Shown in pieces: positions 25,325 to 34,807 of a DNA stretch of 64,000 nt. This DNA is from Candidatus Yonathbacteria bacterium (GTDB lineage Bacteria > Patescibacteriota > Minisyncoccia > Phycocordibacterales > JACNGX01), in assembly GCA_013334825.1 (NCBI GenBank), contig JAAXWR010000003.1, positions 37,167 through 101,166 of the forward strand. The letters are read 5' to 3'. The notes beneath the pieces are model-generated. The model ran no database searches and was not told the DNA's origin. It worked only from the letters and a program-made list of their open reading frames with translations. The position numbers and the translations under genes were made by a program. Every line of letters starts with the position of its first letter. Position 1 is the first letter of the stretch.

Positions 25325-26719
25325 TTATTCCCAAACGACCACACGCACGAACGAGTGTTTCCCTACACGAAACGCTATTGTTTGAGAGATGGTGTAGTGA
25401 TAATCAGATACCACACCATGAGTATCAGAAAGAATATGGAGACCCGCTCCGTCGACAAGACGACGATAAGCGCTCTTTGATTCAAGAATATGTTCACGAA
25501 CAAGAATATCAGCAAGCATCTCTCCGCGCTTCGCGCGGACTTCGGGCATTGTCTCGGGAATTTCTTTTTTGCTAAATGTATTTACAAATGATTCTTCGGC
25601 GTGTCGCGCGGCTTCTTCTCCGTGGTAGATAGAGACAATCTGTCGCGCGAGGGCGAGTTTGGCGTCGCGTGGGTTTTCTTTCCCAGATGAGAGACGAGAC
25701 GCGAGCGCGCGGATATCGTCTTCTGGGGTAAATGTCGTTAATTCGTAATATGTAACAATCACCGTGTCGGGGATAGACATCACTTTACCAAACATATCTT
25801 CAGGTGCATCGGTTATGGCAATATAGTTTCCCAAACTCTTACTCATTTTTTCTTTTCCATCTGTACCAGGAAGAATGGGAACAGACATGACCGCTTGTTG
25901 TTCCATACTATTTGCCTTCATCACATCTCGCCCAATATGCATATTGAACATTTGGTCAGTGCCACCAACTTCCAAATCACACGATCCATATACTTTCCCA
26001 ATGACAACAGAATCAATCCCTTGGAGTACAGGATACATCATCTCATGCATATAAAGTTCTGCGCCATTTTTCAGACGTTCTTGAAACATGTCGCGCTCAA
26101 TAAGACGTGCATGCGTCAAGCCACGAAGTGTGGCGAGAAAACCTCGAAGTGTGATATCCACCAATTCCTTACGCTTGAGAAACTTTTTCTGCATACGTGT
26201 GTTTTCATACAACAGTGCTTTCCCCACAAATGATGACGGATTCACAGGCGTCACACCAAAACGCATCATAAGTCCTTTTTTGGGCGCCATATCAGAAACC
26301 GATAAAAACCAATCAGCATTTCGAATCCAAGAGAATGATATCGCATCTGTACGAAGAATGGTGCCAATCTGATCGAGATACGTCTTCATGTTTTGTTCAA
26401 CCTCCATTTGGTCAATCTCTGGACGGACCTTACTTTTCCCCGTGGGGTCACCAATCATAGCGGTGAAATCTCCCACCAAAAATACAATCTTACATCCCAC
26501 ATCCTGGAGGGCACGTAATTTTCGAAGTGCAACCGCATGTCCGAGGTGGATATCGGGACGTGTTGGATCAACACCAAACTTGACAATAATATCATGTGGA
26601 TATTCACCCCGTATCTTTGCTTCAAGTTTTTTGCGGAACAATCCTTCTGGATCAGTTAACTGCGCAATCCCTTGTGTGTATATACGATCACTCTCTATGT
26701 CTTGCTTTCCTTGTTTCAT
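25325..26719 (-). CDS. tyrS: tyrosine--tRNA ligase
   Basis: HIGH-type motif DPTRPDIHLGH, KMSKS motif KMSKSLGN, C-terminal S4-like domain. Start at MKQGKQ (26719); the ORF track extends to 26740. Confidence 0.85.
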   Translation of the reverse strand: MKQGKQDIESDRIYTQGIAQLTDPEGLFRKKLEAKIRGEYPHDIIVKFGVDPTRPDIHLGHAVALRKLRALQDVGCKIVFLVGDFTAMIGDPTGKSKVRPEIDQMEVEQNMKTYLDQIGTILRTDAISFSWIRNADWFLSVSDMAPKKGLMMRFGVTPVNPSSFVGKALLYENTRMQKKFLKRKELVDITLRGFLATLRGLTHARLIERDMFQERLKNGAELYMHEMMYPVLQGIDSVVIGKVYGSCDLEVGGTDQMFNMHIGRDVMKANSMEQQAVMSVPILPGTDGKEKMSKSLGNYIAITDAPEDMFGKVMSIPDTVIVTYYELTTFTPEDDIRALASRLSSGKENPRDAKLALARQIVSIYHGEEAARHAEESFVNTFSKKEIPETMPEVRAKRGEMLADILVREHILESKSAYRRLVDGAGLHILSDTHGVVSDYHYTISQTIAFRVGKHSFVRVVVWE

Positions 26720-26749
26720 ACATACTACTATACATGACAAAGAGGTATT

Positions 26750-29365
26750 TTGAAAGAATGTATTTATACACCCTCCATGCGAAAAAATAGTCTTTTTATG
26801 GTATTATCAAACAGTATGCGTACACACCCATTCAACACACATCTCAAAAAAAGTGATATTAAAAAGCGTTGGAAAAATCTCCTCCCTGTTCTCAGTATAT
26901 TAGGAGGTCTTGCTTTTTTTTCAATAAGCGCACTTATCATTTGGGCAAGTCTTATGCCTATGCCTGATTTTGATTCATTTATTGAACGAAAAATCGCCCA
27001 ATCAACAAAAATATATGACCGCACAGGTGAAATTCTTCTTTATGATATTCATGAGGACATTCGTCGTACTGTGGTGCCCGGAGATTCAATTTCCCCTTTT
27101 ATTAAACAAGCAACTATCTCCATAGAAGATAGTGAATTTTATAATCATCACGGCGTTCGTCCGCTCGCATTTTTACGTGCGCTTATTGTAAATATCCTTT
27201 CTATGGATTTTTCTCAAGGTGGATCAACAATAACCCAACAAGCAGTAAAAAACACAATGCTTACACAAGAAAAGACAATCTCTCGTAAAGTCAAAGAATG
27301 GGTTCTGGCAGTTCGTCTTGAACAAATCATGACAAAAGAAGAAATATTGACACTCTACCTCAATGAATCACCGTACGGAGGAAATATTTACGGTGTACAA
27401 GAAGCAACACGAGAGTTTTTTGGAAAAGATGCATCTAACGTAACACTTGCGGAGGCTGCATATATTGCCGCTATTCCTCAAGCACCTACGCGCTATTCTC
27501 CCTATGGAAATAATGTGGATAAACTTAAAACTCGCCAACGACTTGTTCTTTCACGCATGAAAGAACTTGGTGTTATCGATGATTCTACCTACACACAAGC
27601 ACTTGCTGAAGAAGTTGTTTTTCAACCACAAAGCCAGTTCGGTATGCGCGCACCACATTTCGTTTTTTATATCAGATCGTACATAGAAGAAACATATGGT
27701 TCAGCAGCCCTCGAAGAAGATGGACTGAAGATAATTACAACTCTCGATTGGAAACTTCAAGAGAAAGCACAAGAAATTGTTAAACGACACGCACTCGCGA
27801 ATGAGACAAATTTCAACGCGGAAAATGCAGGACTGGTCGCAATTGATCCAAATACAGGACAAATCATTACAATGGTTGGCTCACGTGATTACTTCGATAA
27901 AACAATTGATGGAAACTTCAACGTAACTCTTGATACAAACCGCCAACCAGGATCAGCATTCAAACCTTTTGTGTATGCGGCTGCATTTATGAAAGGATAC
28001 ACTCCTGATACTGTTGTGTTTGACCTTCCTACAATATTTGACACACGTTGTTCTCCTAATGGGACACCTATTTCTGAAGGTGCGACAACTGATGATTGTT
28101 ATAGTCCTGTTAATTATGATGGAACATATCGTGGACCTGTCACACTCCGCGAAGCGCTTGCACAGTCACTCAATATTCCTGCTGTAAAAGTACTCTACCT
28201 CACTGGTATTAATAATGCCCTTGATGTAGCAAAAAAAATGGGTATTAACGGTCTAAAAGACAAAAATAGATATGGACTCACACTCGTTCTTGGTGGTGGA
28301 GAAGTATCTCTCCTTGATATGACGAGTGCATACGGTGTATTTGCACATGAAGGTGTTCGCCTTCCTCCTACTGGCATACTTCGTGTTGAAGAACAAGATG
28401 GAACAATACTCGAAGAATATAAACCAATAGAATCCTCAGTTCTTGATAGCGGTGTTGCACGTATGATTTCTGATGTGTTATCAGATAATATTGCTCGTGC
28501 TCCAGCGTTTGGTGACAATTCATATCTCAATTTTCCTGATCGAGATGTTGCGGTTAAAACAGGTACTACAAACGATTATCGCGATGCGTGGATTATGGGG
28601 TATATTCCACAACTTGCAGTTGGTGCATGGGCCGGAAATAATGACAACTCACCAATGGAAAAGAAAGTTGCTGGATATATCATCGCACCACTTTGGAATG
28701 AGTTTATGCAAACGGTCCTTGCGACATATCCAGCAGAAAACTTTAATCCGGCACCAGAAACATCTCCCGATCTACCACCAATTATTCGTGGTATTTGGAA
28801 AGGTGGTGTGACATATGTTGTTGATACAATAAGCGGTGGGCTTGCAACAGAATTTACTCCTAAAGAAACAGTCGAAGAACGTGCAATTACAAATGTTCAT
28901 TCATTATTATATTGGGTTGATAAAGATAATCCAACACATATGCGAACAGATAATCCAGCAAACGACCCACAGTTTACATTATGGGAATATCCTGTCCGTA
29001 TTTGGGCAGCGCAACAAGGATATCGTGATGGTGATAATTCAGGAAAACCATCTTACTATGACACTATTCATACAACAGCAAGTAAACCCTCAATCACCAT
29101 AACAGAACCGAGACGAAATGAAATATTTGGAAAAAGTGAACGAATAACAATCTCTCTTTCAAGTGCTACCTCACTTTCACGTGCTGATTTCTTCCTTGAT
29201 GATACACTTATTGGTTCGGTACATACACAACCCTTCCTATTCTCTTTTATTCCTGAACTTGTGGAACAGGGAAAACAAACAGGAGATCACACACTATCTG
29301 TTGTCGCATATGATATGTTATACAATAAAAATGAGGCAACACTACCAATCCATATTACTGAATAA
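26750..29365 (+). CDS. class A penicillin-binding protein (bifunctional transglycosylase/transpeptidase, PBP1A-like) with C-terminal extension
   Basis: N-terminal TM; GT51 motifs EDSEFYNHHGV and RQP-GSAFKP (SxxK transpeptidase); SD AAGAGG 12 nt upstream. Confidence 0.9.
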   Translation: MKECIYTPSMRKNSLFMVLSNSMRTHPFNTHLKKSDIKKRWKNLLPVLSILGGLAFFSISALIIWASLMPMPDFDSFIERKIAQSTKIYDRTGEILLYDIHEDIRRTVVPGDSISPFIKQATISIEDSEFYNHHGVRPLAFLRALIVNILSMDFSQGGSTITQQAVKNTMLTQEKTISRKVKEWVLAVRLEQIMTKEEILTLYLNESPYGGNIYGVQEATREFFGKDASNVTLAEAAYIAAIPQAPTRYSPYGNNVDKLKTRQRLVLSRMKELGVIDDSTYTQALAEEVVFQPQSQFGMRAPHFVFYIRSYIEETYGSAALEEDGLKIITTLDWKLQEKAQEIVKRHALANETNFNAENAGLVAIDPNTGQIITMVGSRDYFDKTIDGNFNVTLDTNRQPGSAFKPFVYAAAFMKGYTPDTVVFDLPTIFDTRCSPNGTPISEGATTDDCYSPVNYDGTYRGPVTLREALAQSLNIPAVKVLYLTGINNALDVAKKMGINGLKDKNRYGLTLVLGGGEVSLLDMTSAYGVFAHEGVRLPPTGILRVEEQDGTILEEYKPIESSVLDSGVARMISDVLSDNIARAPAFGDNSYLNFPDRDVAVKTGTTNDYRDAWIMGYIPQLAVGAWAGNNDNSPMEKKVAGYIIAPLWNEFMQTVLATYPAENFNPAPETSPDLPPIIRGIWKGGVTYVVDTISGGLATEFTPKETVEERAITNVHSLLYWVDKDNPTHMRTDNPANDPQFTLWEYPVRIWAAQQGYRDGDNSGKPSYYDTIHTTASKPSITITEPRRNEIFGKSERITISLSSATSLSRADFFLDDTLIGSVHTQPFLFSFIPELVEQGKQTGDHTLSVVAYDMLYNKNEATLPIHITE

Positions 29366-29372
29366 TATATAT

Positions 29373-29411
29373 AAAAAACACACATCTTTATAATTATGAT
29401 GTGTGTTTTTT
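29373..29411. terminator. bidirectional terminator hairpin between PBP1A and the dnaN operon
   Basis: AAAAAACACACATC-tttataattat-GATGTGTGTTTTTT. Confidence 0.65.
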
Positions 29412-29667
29412 ATATAATACGTTCAATATGTATATGGGGTATATTTTTTTGTATATCTTCTAATACTTCCTTTTTATGAAGAAGTATCTCATTTTTTATT
29501 GTCGAACGACAAGAGAGAAAAATAGTTCCTTGTTTATATGAAATAACATCTTCTGAAATTGATATATGGCATATTGATGATATAGATACACTACATGTTT
29601 TTTTGACACTGTGTGTGTCAGGAACAAACTGAGTAAATCGTTCAAGAAAAGAATTAATGGAAAACAT
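29410..29667 (-). CDS. small hypothetical protein downstream of dnaN
   Basis: 85-aa ORF starting 14 nt after the dnaN stop and ending at the terminator; AT-rich; no recognised motif. Confidence 0.3.
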   Translation of the reverse strand: MFSINSFLERFTQFVPDTHSVKKTCSVSISSICHISISEDVISYKQGTIFLSCRSTIKNEILLHKKEVLEDIQKNIPHIHIERII

Positions 29668-29680
29668 AATTGATATGTTT

Positions 29681-30814
29681 TTAACGATTCATTGGCATCA
29701 CTAAATACATAAATGAAACATCTCCAATTGGTGTGATAATGATAGGTCGTCCTTTTCCAAAAAACGACATTTGTAAACTATCTGTTGAAATTGCTTGAAA
29801 TGCATCTGTAATATATTTATAATTAACACTAATATCAATTTCTTCTCCAGACAATGATGCTTGTATTGGAACAATACTAGTACCAATGTCTGAATTTTTT
29901 GTTTCAATAATAAATCTTTTTTCTTTTGGATTTATTGAAAAGATTGTTTGACGAAATGTGTTCGCAACAATAGTACTCACTTTAAGGGCATTTATAAGAT
30001 CTTCTTTTAGCACAATAACTTGTGTGGTGTGTTCTTTAGGAATAATTTGTTTATAATCAGGAAATGTCCCATTAATAATGCGTGATGTTACATATACACC
30101 TTCTTTTTCAATAACAATTTGATGATCATTAAAACGAATATCAAGTGTGTCATCTATTCCATCAAACACTTTTATCAGCTCTTGAGCATTTTTAAAAGGA
30201 ATAAGGATTCCTCCCCAATCACGAATATTTTTTTCTTTTACTTTTTTCTCAGCAAGGCGAAATGAATCTGTGGCTACAAATACAATGGTGTCATTTTCTG
30301 GATATATATATACACTTGCGAGTTCTGGTTTTATATCTGATACAGAAGAAGCATATACGACAGATTTTAAACCAATTACTAATTTTTTTGACTCAAGAGA
30401 GAATGTATACCCATCAGACACTACAGGAAGGGTCGGAAACTCCTCTGTAGGAGCTCCTTTGATAGTTGTAGTGACTTCCCCACCAGAAATAATTATATGC
30501 CCATTCTGTGAGGTAATTTCGACTGTTTTAACAGTATTTCCAAATGTACTTAAAAGACCATTGATGATATGTGCAGGAATAGCAACAATACCTTCACCTT
30601 CTGTTTTTGCAGGAATAGCTACTTCTATACCAATATCAAGATTTGTGGCTCGTAATACGAGCATTTTATTCTTTACCTCAACTAACATATTTGAAAGGAT
30701 GGGAAGGGAGAGACTTTTTCCTGTCATTTTTTCTGCTTTTGTTACCATTGATGCAAACATTTCACGAGAACATGATGCTGAAAATTCACTTACTGTTTTT
30801 TGTACAGTTGTCAT
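29681..30814 (-). CDS. dnaN: DNA polymerase III beta subunit (sliding clamp)
   Basis: Three-domain beta-clamp pattern (N-terminus ...LSLPILSNMLVEVKNKMLVLRATNLDIGIEV); position immediately downstream of dnaA. Confidence 0.85.
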   Translation of the reverse strand: MTTVQKTVSEFSASCSREMFASMVTKAEKMTGKSLSLPILSNMLVEVKNKMLVLRATNLDIGIEVAIPAKTEGEGIVAIPAHIINGLLSTFGNTVKTVEITSQNGHIIISGGEVTTTIKGAPTEEFPTLPVVSDGYTFSLESKKLVIGLKSVVYASSVSDIKPELASVYIYPENDTIVFVATDSFRLAEKKVKEKNIRDWGGILIPFKNAQELIKVFDGIDDTLDIRFNDHQIVIEKEGVYVTSRIINGTFPDYKQIIPKEHTTQVIVLKEDLINALKVSTIVANTFRQTIFSINPKEKRFIIETKNSDIGTSIVPIQASLSGEEIDISVNYKYITDAFQAISTDSLQMSFFGKGRPIIITPIGDVSFMYLVMPMNR

Positions 30815-31059
30815 AATGTGGAAAAGTTATGTTTATAATATATAGATATATATTATTACTATTATATACGTGTATAAGTGGATAACACAAATATGTTACG
30901 TAATACCAATACTATTTCATCAACAGGAGTGTAAATGAGTCTACACAAATTATACATACATTACTACGTGTATAAAGAAAATAATTGGTATACACATATT
31001 CTTAACATCTTTTATATACCATTATCCTTTATTATTTCACATAATATCCACAGAGTTTT
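30815..31059. promoter_or_regulatory. AT-rich dnaA-dnaN intergenic region with DnaA-box-like sites (candidate oriC part / DUE)
   Basis: agtggataa 30867-30875 (reverse-complement TTATCCACT, 8/9); atatccaca 31044-31052 (8/9); long AT tracts (tatagatatatattattactattatatacg). Confidence 0.55.
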
Positions 31060-32403
31060 CTACAGAAGAGCGCGTATTTGATCAACTTCATTTCGTAATA
31101 TATCATCATTTGATAAATCATTTCTCATTTTTTCATACGAATGCATAACTGTTGTGTGGTCACGTCCCCCTAATTTTTTTCCAATAAGTGGATATGATGC
31201 ATTATAATCTTCACGTAATAAATACATGACGACTTGTCTTGGTTTTACCACCTCTTTTCTTCGTGTTTTTTCATAAATATCTTTTTCTTCAATACTATAG
31301 AAACCAGCAACTATTTTTGTGACATCCTTAAAGGAAATAATACTTTTTGGTTTATTTGTTCCGCGAACAATAGCTTTAATATCGTCAAGTGTGATGATAT
31401 TGTTTTTTATTTGTGCGTGACAAGATACAGTATTTAATACTCCTTCTAATTCTCTAATATTTCCTTCAACTGTCATGGCAAGATATTCAATTGCTTGAGG
31501 ATCAAGAAGAAGTCCTTTTTCTTGTGCTTTCATAGAAAAAATAGACGTACGTGCTTCAAATTCAGGTTGACTGATATCCACAATCATTCCTGCATTAAAA
31601 CGTGATTTGAGACGTGCCTCAAGTCCAGGAATGAAATTTGGATGCATATCAGATGAAAAAACAATTTGTTTATTCGCATCATATAAGGTGTTAAATACAT
31701 GGAATAATTCTTCTTGGGTTTTTTCTTTATTAGAAAGAAATTGAATATCATCCATAATCAGAACATCATATGTGCGATATTTTTCTTTAAACACATTCAC
31801 TGTGTCATTTTGAAGGGAAGAAATATACTCAACAAGGAATTTTTCTGATGTGAGATACATAACATTTTTCCCCATATCTTTTTTGAGATAATTACCAATT
31901 GCTTGTATGAGGTGTGTCTTCCCTACTCCTGTTCCTCCATACACAAAGAATGGGTTATATACAATACCAGGTTTTTTGATAATTGCTTGAGATGCTGCAT
32001 ATGCGAGTGTGTTGAACGATCCAACAATAAATGAATCAAATGTATATTTTGGATTGAGATTACTTTGTTTATCAATGTATAAATCTGACAAAGGAAGTTC
32101 CTCAGAAGAACACATTGTTTTTGTATGAGGAATATCAGGGGATGATTTTTTCTCACCTTTATGAATGATGTATTCTACGCCACGTACTCCATCAGATAAT
32201 TCACGTAATGATTTGAGTATCATTTTATGGAATTTTGTGGAAAGCCATTCCTTCACAAATTCATTAGGAACAGCGACTGTGATCACACCTTCTTCTTGTC
32301 TCGCAATATAAGTGTTTCGAAACCACGTACTAAAATTTGCACGCGAGAGGTTTGCTTCCATATCGGAGAGTACACTATTCCAAAGTTGAGTTTGATCCGA
32401 CAT
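31060..32403 (-). CDS. dnaA: chromosomal replication initiator protein DnaA
   Basis: AAA+ Walker A NPFFVYGGTGVGKTHL, Walker B LIMDDIQFL, C-terminal DnaA box-binding HTH (TTVMHS...). Confidence 0.95.
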   Translation of the reverse strand: MSDQTQLWNSVLSDMEANLSRANFSTWFRNTYIARQEEGVITVAVPNEFVKEWLSTKFHKMILKSLRELSDGVRGVEYIIHKGEKKSSPDIPHTKTMCSSEELPLSDLYIDKQSNLNPKYTFDSFIVGSFNTLAYAASQAIIKKPGIVYNPFFVYGGTGVGKTHLIQAIGNYLKKDMGKNVMYLTSEKFLVEYISSLQNDTVNVFKEKYRTYDVLIMDDIQFLSNKEKTQEELFHVFNTLYDANKQIVFSSDMHPNFIPGLEARLKSRFNAGMIVDISQPEFEARTSIFSMKAQEKGLLLDPQAIEYLAMTVEGNIRELEGVLNTVSCHAQIKNNIITLDDIKAIVRGTNKPKSIISFKDVTKIVAGFYSIEEKDIYEKTRRKEVVKPRQVVMYLLREDYNASYPLIGKKLGGRDHTTVMHSYEKMRNDLSNDDILRNEVDQIRALL

Positions 32404-32648
32404 AATGAAGATGAGGATTGATTTGATTGATAATCGTTACGAACGTGCATGTAATTATATACGGGTGGATAGGAAGTGGAAACTTGCGAACATGGGAAAA
32501 GTCTGTTGATAAGGTGTGGATAAATAATTATATGAATAAAAACTCGAGAAACATATACATATAAACATATAAATGATAAATAACACATAAATCCTTTCGT
32601 ATTGGAATATGTTGCTTTTTTCATACTATGGTGTATAGTAATGCAACT
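32404..32648. promoter_or_regulatory. dnaA upstream region with DnaA boxes (candidate oriC part)
   Basis: Perfect TGTGGATAA (reverse-complement TTATCCACA) at 32515-32523; ggtggatag at 32464-32472 (reverse-complement CTATCCACC, 7/9); tgttgataa at 32504-32512 (reverse-complement TTATCAACA, 8/9). Confidence 0.6.
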
Positions 32649-32783
32649 ATGTCGCAAACATATAAACCAAGCAAAAGAAAGCGTGCGACCACACATGGTT
32701 TTCTTGTTCGTTCTGAAACACCTTCAGGACGCGCAATCCTTAAAAACCGCCGCCGTAAAGGGCGCGCAAAGCTTTCCGTGTAA
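32649..32783 (+). CDS. rpmH: 50S ribosomal protein L34
   Basis: 44-aa [47 protein letters not shown] found by manual translation (below ORF-track cutoff); canonical position divergent from dnaA. Confidence 0.9.
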   Translation: MSQTYKPSKRKRATTHGFLVRSETPSGRAILKNRRRKGRAKLSV

Positions 32784-32848
32784 TATATAAATAAAAAAAC
32801 AAATAACACAACCTTTTCAAGGTTGTGTTATTTGTTTATGATGGAGGA

Positions 32849-33196
32849 ATGCTTTCCAAACATCTCAGACTTACCAGTCATGATATTCCCCTACCACAAA
32901 AAGGATTACAGGTATTTCATACTGAACGACTTACACTTGCAATATCTCCTTGTCATGATAAAAAACCATCGAAATTTGCTGTTCTTGTCTCAAAAAAAGG
33001 GAAAAATGCTCCTACACGCAATAAGATGCGACGTCGTATATATGAAGCAATTGGAATGTTTAGGGGTCGTATAAAACAAGGATATAGATGTATATTCTCT
33101 CTCAAAAAAGGTATTTCTTCTGATATTCCCTATCACATTATCTTCGCGGACGTTACTATTCTTCTCAAACAAGCGGGATTACTATGTCTTTCTTAA
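32849..33196 (+). CDS. rnpA: ribonuclease P protein component
   Basis: FAVLVSKKGKNAPTRNKMRRRIYEA (RNR motif); synteny rpmH-rnpA-yidD-yidC; start uncertain (32825 or 32849). Confidence 0.8.
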   Translation: MLSKHLRLTSHDIPLPQKGLQVFHTERLTLAISPCHDKKPSKFAVLVSKKGKNAPTRNKMRRRIYEAIGMFRGRIKQGYRCIFSLKKGISSDIPYHIIFADVTILLKQAGLLCLS

Positions 33197-33444
33197 AAAA
33201 CATACATAAAAATATAATCGTGTGGCTTGTCAGGGTATATCAATTCTTTCTTTCACCGGACAAAAATATTCTTGTAAAAATAGGTGCTATTCAACCACGG
33301 ATAACCTGCGTGTTTTACCCAACGTGTTCGGAATATATGATCCTTGCTATTGAGAAATATGGTGTACGAAAAGGGATTGTCAAAGGAATACAGCGTATTG
33401 GCAAGTGTCGTAAAGGTACTCCCCTGTCGGTCGATATGCCGTAA
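33184..33444 (+). CDS. yidD: membrane protein insertion efficiency factor YidD
   Basis: YQFFLSP....CVFYPTCSEYMILAIEKYG..KG...RI.KC; conserved synteny. Confidence 0.85.
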   Translation: MSFLKNIHKNIIVWLVRVYQFFLSPDKNILVKIGAIQPRITCVFYPTCSEYMILAIEKYGVRKGIVKGIQRIGKCRKGTPLSVDMP

Positions 33445-33492
33445 CGCCTTTTTCCTTGCTCAAACAAGGAAAAAGGCGTACAATACGGAAAT

Positions 33493-34263
33493 ATGGTAGG
33501 TTTTTTCGAGTCCGTTATCTATATTCCTCTTTTCAACGCTCTCGTTTTCCTCACTTCTCTTTCCCCGTGGGCGGATATTGGTATTGCTATCATTCTCCTT
33601 ACGATTATTGTTCGTCTGGTCCTTTTTCCTCTGACACATGCGTCGTCAAAAACACAAGCTAAAATGCGAGAACTTGAGCCGGTACTCAATAAAATAAAAG
33701 AAGATCATAAAGATGATCAGGAAGCGCAAGCGCGAAAAATGATGGCGTTATATAAAGAACATGGTCTCAACCCCGCGACAGGATGTCTGACCCTTTTTAT
33801 TCAGTTGCCAGTTATCCTCGGTCTTTTTTGGGTGTTTAAGGACATTCATGCTGACACGTCTGTGTTGCATGGGGCATATGTGGCACTTTCTTCTATTGCC
33901 GATACTGGACTGTTATATCCATTTACTCCCTTCCCCGCACTCGTGCAAACACATTTCCTTGGTGTACTTGATATGACAGGGAAAAGTATCATACTCGCAC
34001 TTCTTGCGGGAGTCACTCAATATATTCAGTCCGCGATTGCCATGCCTGGAGTAAAAATGACACTAAAAAGCACGGGGTCATTTAAGGATGATTTGGCGCA
34101 AAATATGAAGTTCCAAATGCGGTATTTCTTCCCTATTATGATTACTGTATTTGCATACTCCGTTTCAGCGGCAGTAGCACTGTATTGGGTTACGGGGAAC
34201 GTGTTTACTATTATTCATGAGCTTTTTGTGAATCGAAAAATTTCAAAAAGTGTCACCGTATAA
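33493..34263 (+). CDS. yidC: membrane protein insertase YidC (short form)
   Basis: LFPLTHASSKTQAKMRELEPVLNKIKEDHKDDQEAQARKMMALYKEHGLNPATGCLTLFIQLPVILGLFWVF (60-kDa inner membrane insertase core). Confidence 0.9.
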   Translation: MVGFFESVIYIPLFNALVFLTSLSPWADIGIAIILLTIIVRLVLFPLTHASSKTQAKMRELEPVLNKIKEDHKDDQEAQARKMMALYKEHGLNPATGCLTLFIQLPVILGLFWVFKDIHADTSVLHGAYVALSSIADTGLLYPFTPFPALVQTHFLGVLDMTGKSIILALLAGVTQYIQSAIAMPGVKMTLKSTGSFKDDLAQNMKFQMRYFFPIMITVFAYSVSAAVALYWVTGNVFTIIHELFVNRKISKSVTV

Positions 34264-34267
34264 CTCT

Positions 34268-34738
34268 ATGGAACGTCCTGTCACCACAATCATTGAAGAA
34301 CTTCTTTCAGTTATGGGATATACCGAAGCGTCTGTTTCTATGATGTCTGACGAAACGGGGGTTGTGTATGCAATACATACAAACGATGGGAGACAACTTA
34401 TTGGTCGTGACGGTGCAAATCTTGCGGCACTCAATCATATTGTGAAGCGTATTGTTGAACAAGAGACGGGCACGTATGGCAGGTTTGGTATCGATGTGAA
34501 TGGGTATCAAGAGGAGAGAAATGAGTCGTTGCGTCGTCAGGCACGTATGATAGTAGATCGTGTTCGTTCACTTGCGGCGGATTCTGAACTTGAACCGATG
34601 GATGGATATGCGCGTATGATTATTCACGCGGCAATTGCAGATATGGCAGATGTAACAACCGAATCAGTGGGAAGAGGTCATGAGCGACACATTGTGGTAA
34701 AGTACTCTCCTGAGAAACGAAGCGATATGAGTTTTTGA
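34268..34738 (+). CDS. jag: Jag/SpoIIIJ-associated KH plus R3H RNA-binding protein
   Basis: KH-like IGRDGANLAALNHIVKRIV; R3H-like RMIIHAAIA...GRGHERHIVV; conserved position after yidC. Confidence 0.8.
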   Translation: MERPVTTIIEELLSVMGYTEASVSMMSDETGVVYAIHTNDGRQLIGRDGANLAALNHIVKRIVEQETGTYGRFGIDVNGYQEERNESLRRQARMIVDRVRSLAADSELEPMDGYARMIIHAAIADMADVTTESVGRGHERHIVVKYSPEKRSDMSF

Positions 34739-34763
34739 TATATATCTGGAATATGTTGGATTA

Positions 34764-34787
34764 AAAAACACCCAGAAGGGTGTTTTT
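34764..34787. terminator. bidirectional terminator between jag and the minus-strand cluster
   Basis: AAAAACACCC-agaa-GGGTGTTTTT flanked by A- and T-runs. Confidence 0.7.
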
Positions 34788-34807
34788 TAATGTGTTTTGT
34801 CTCAGTA

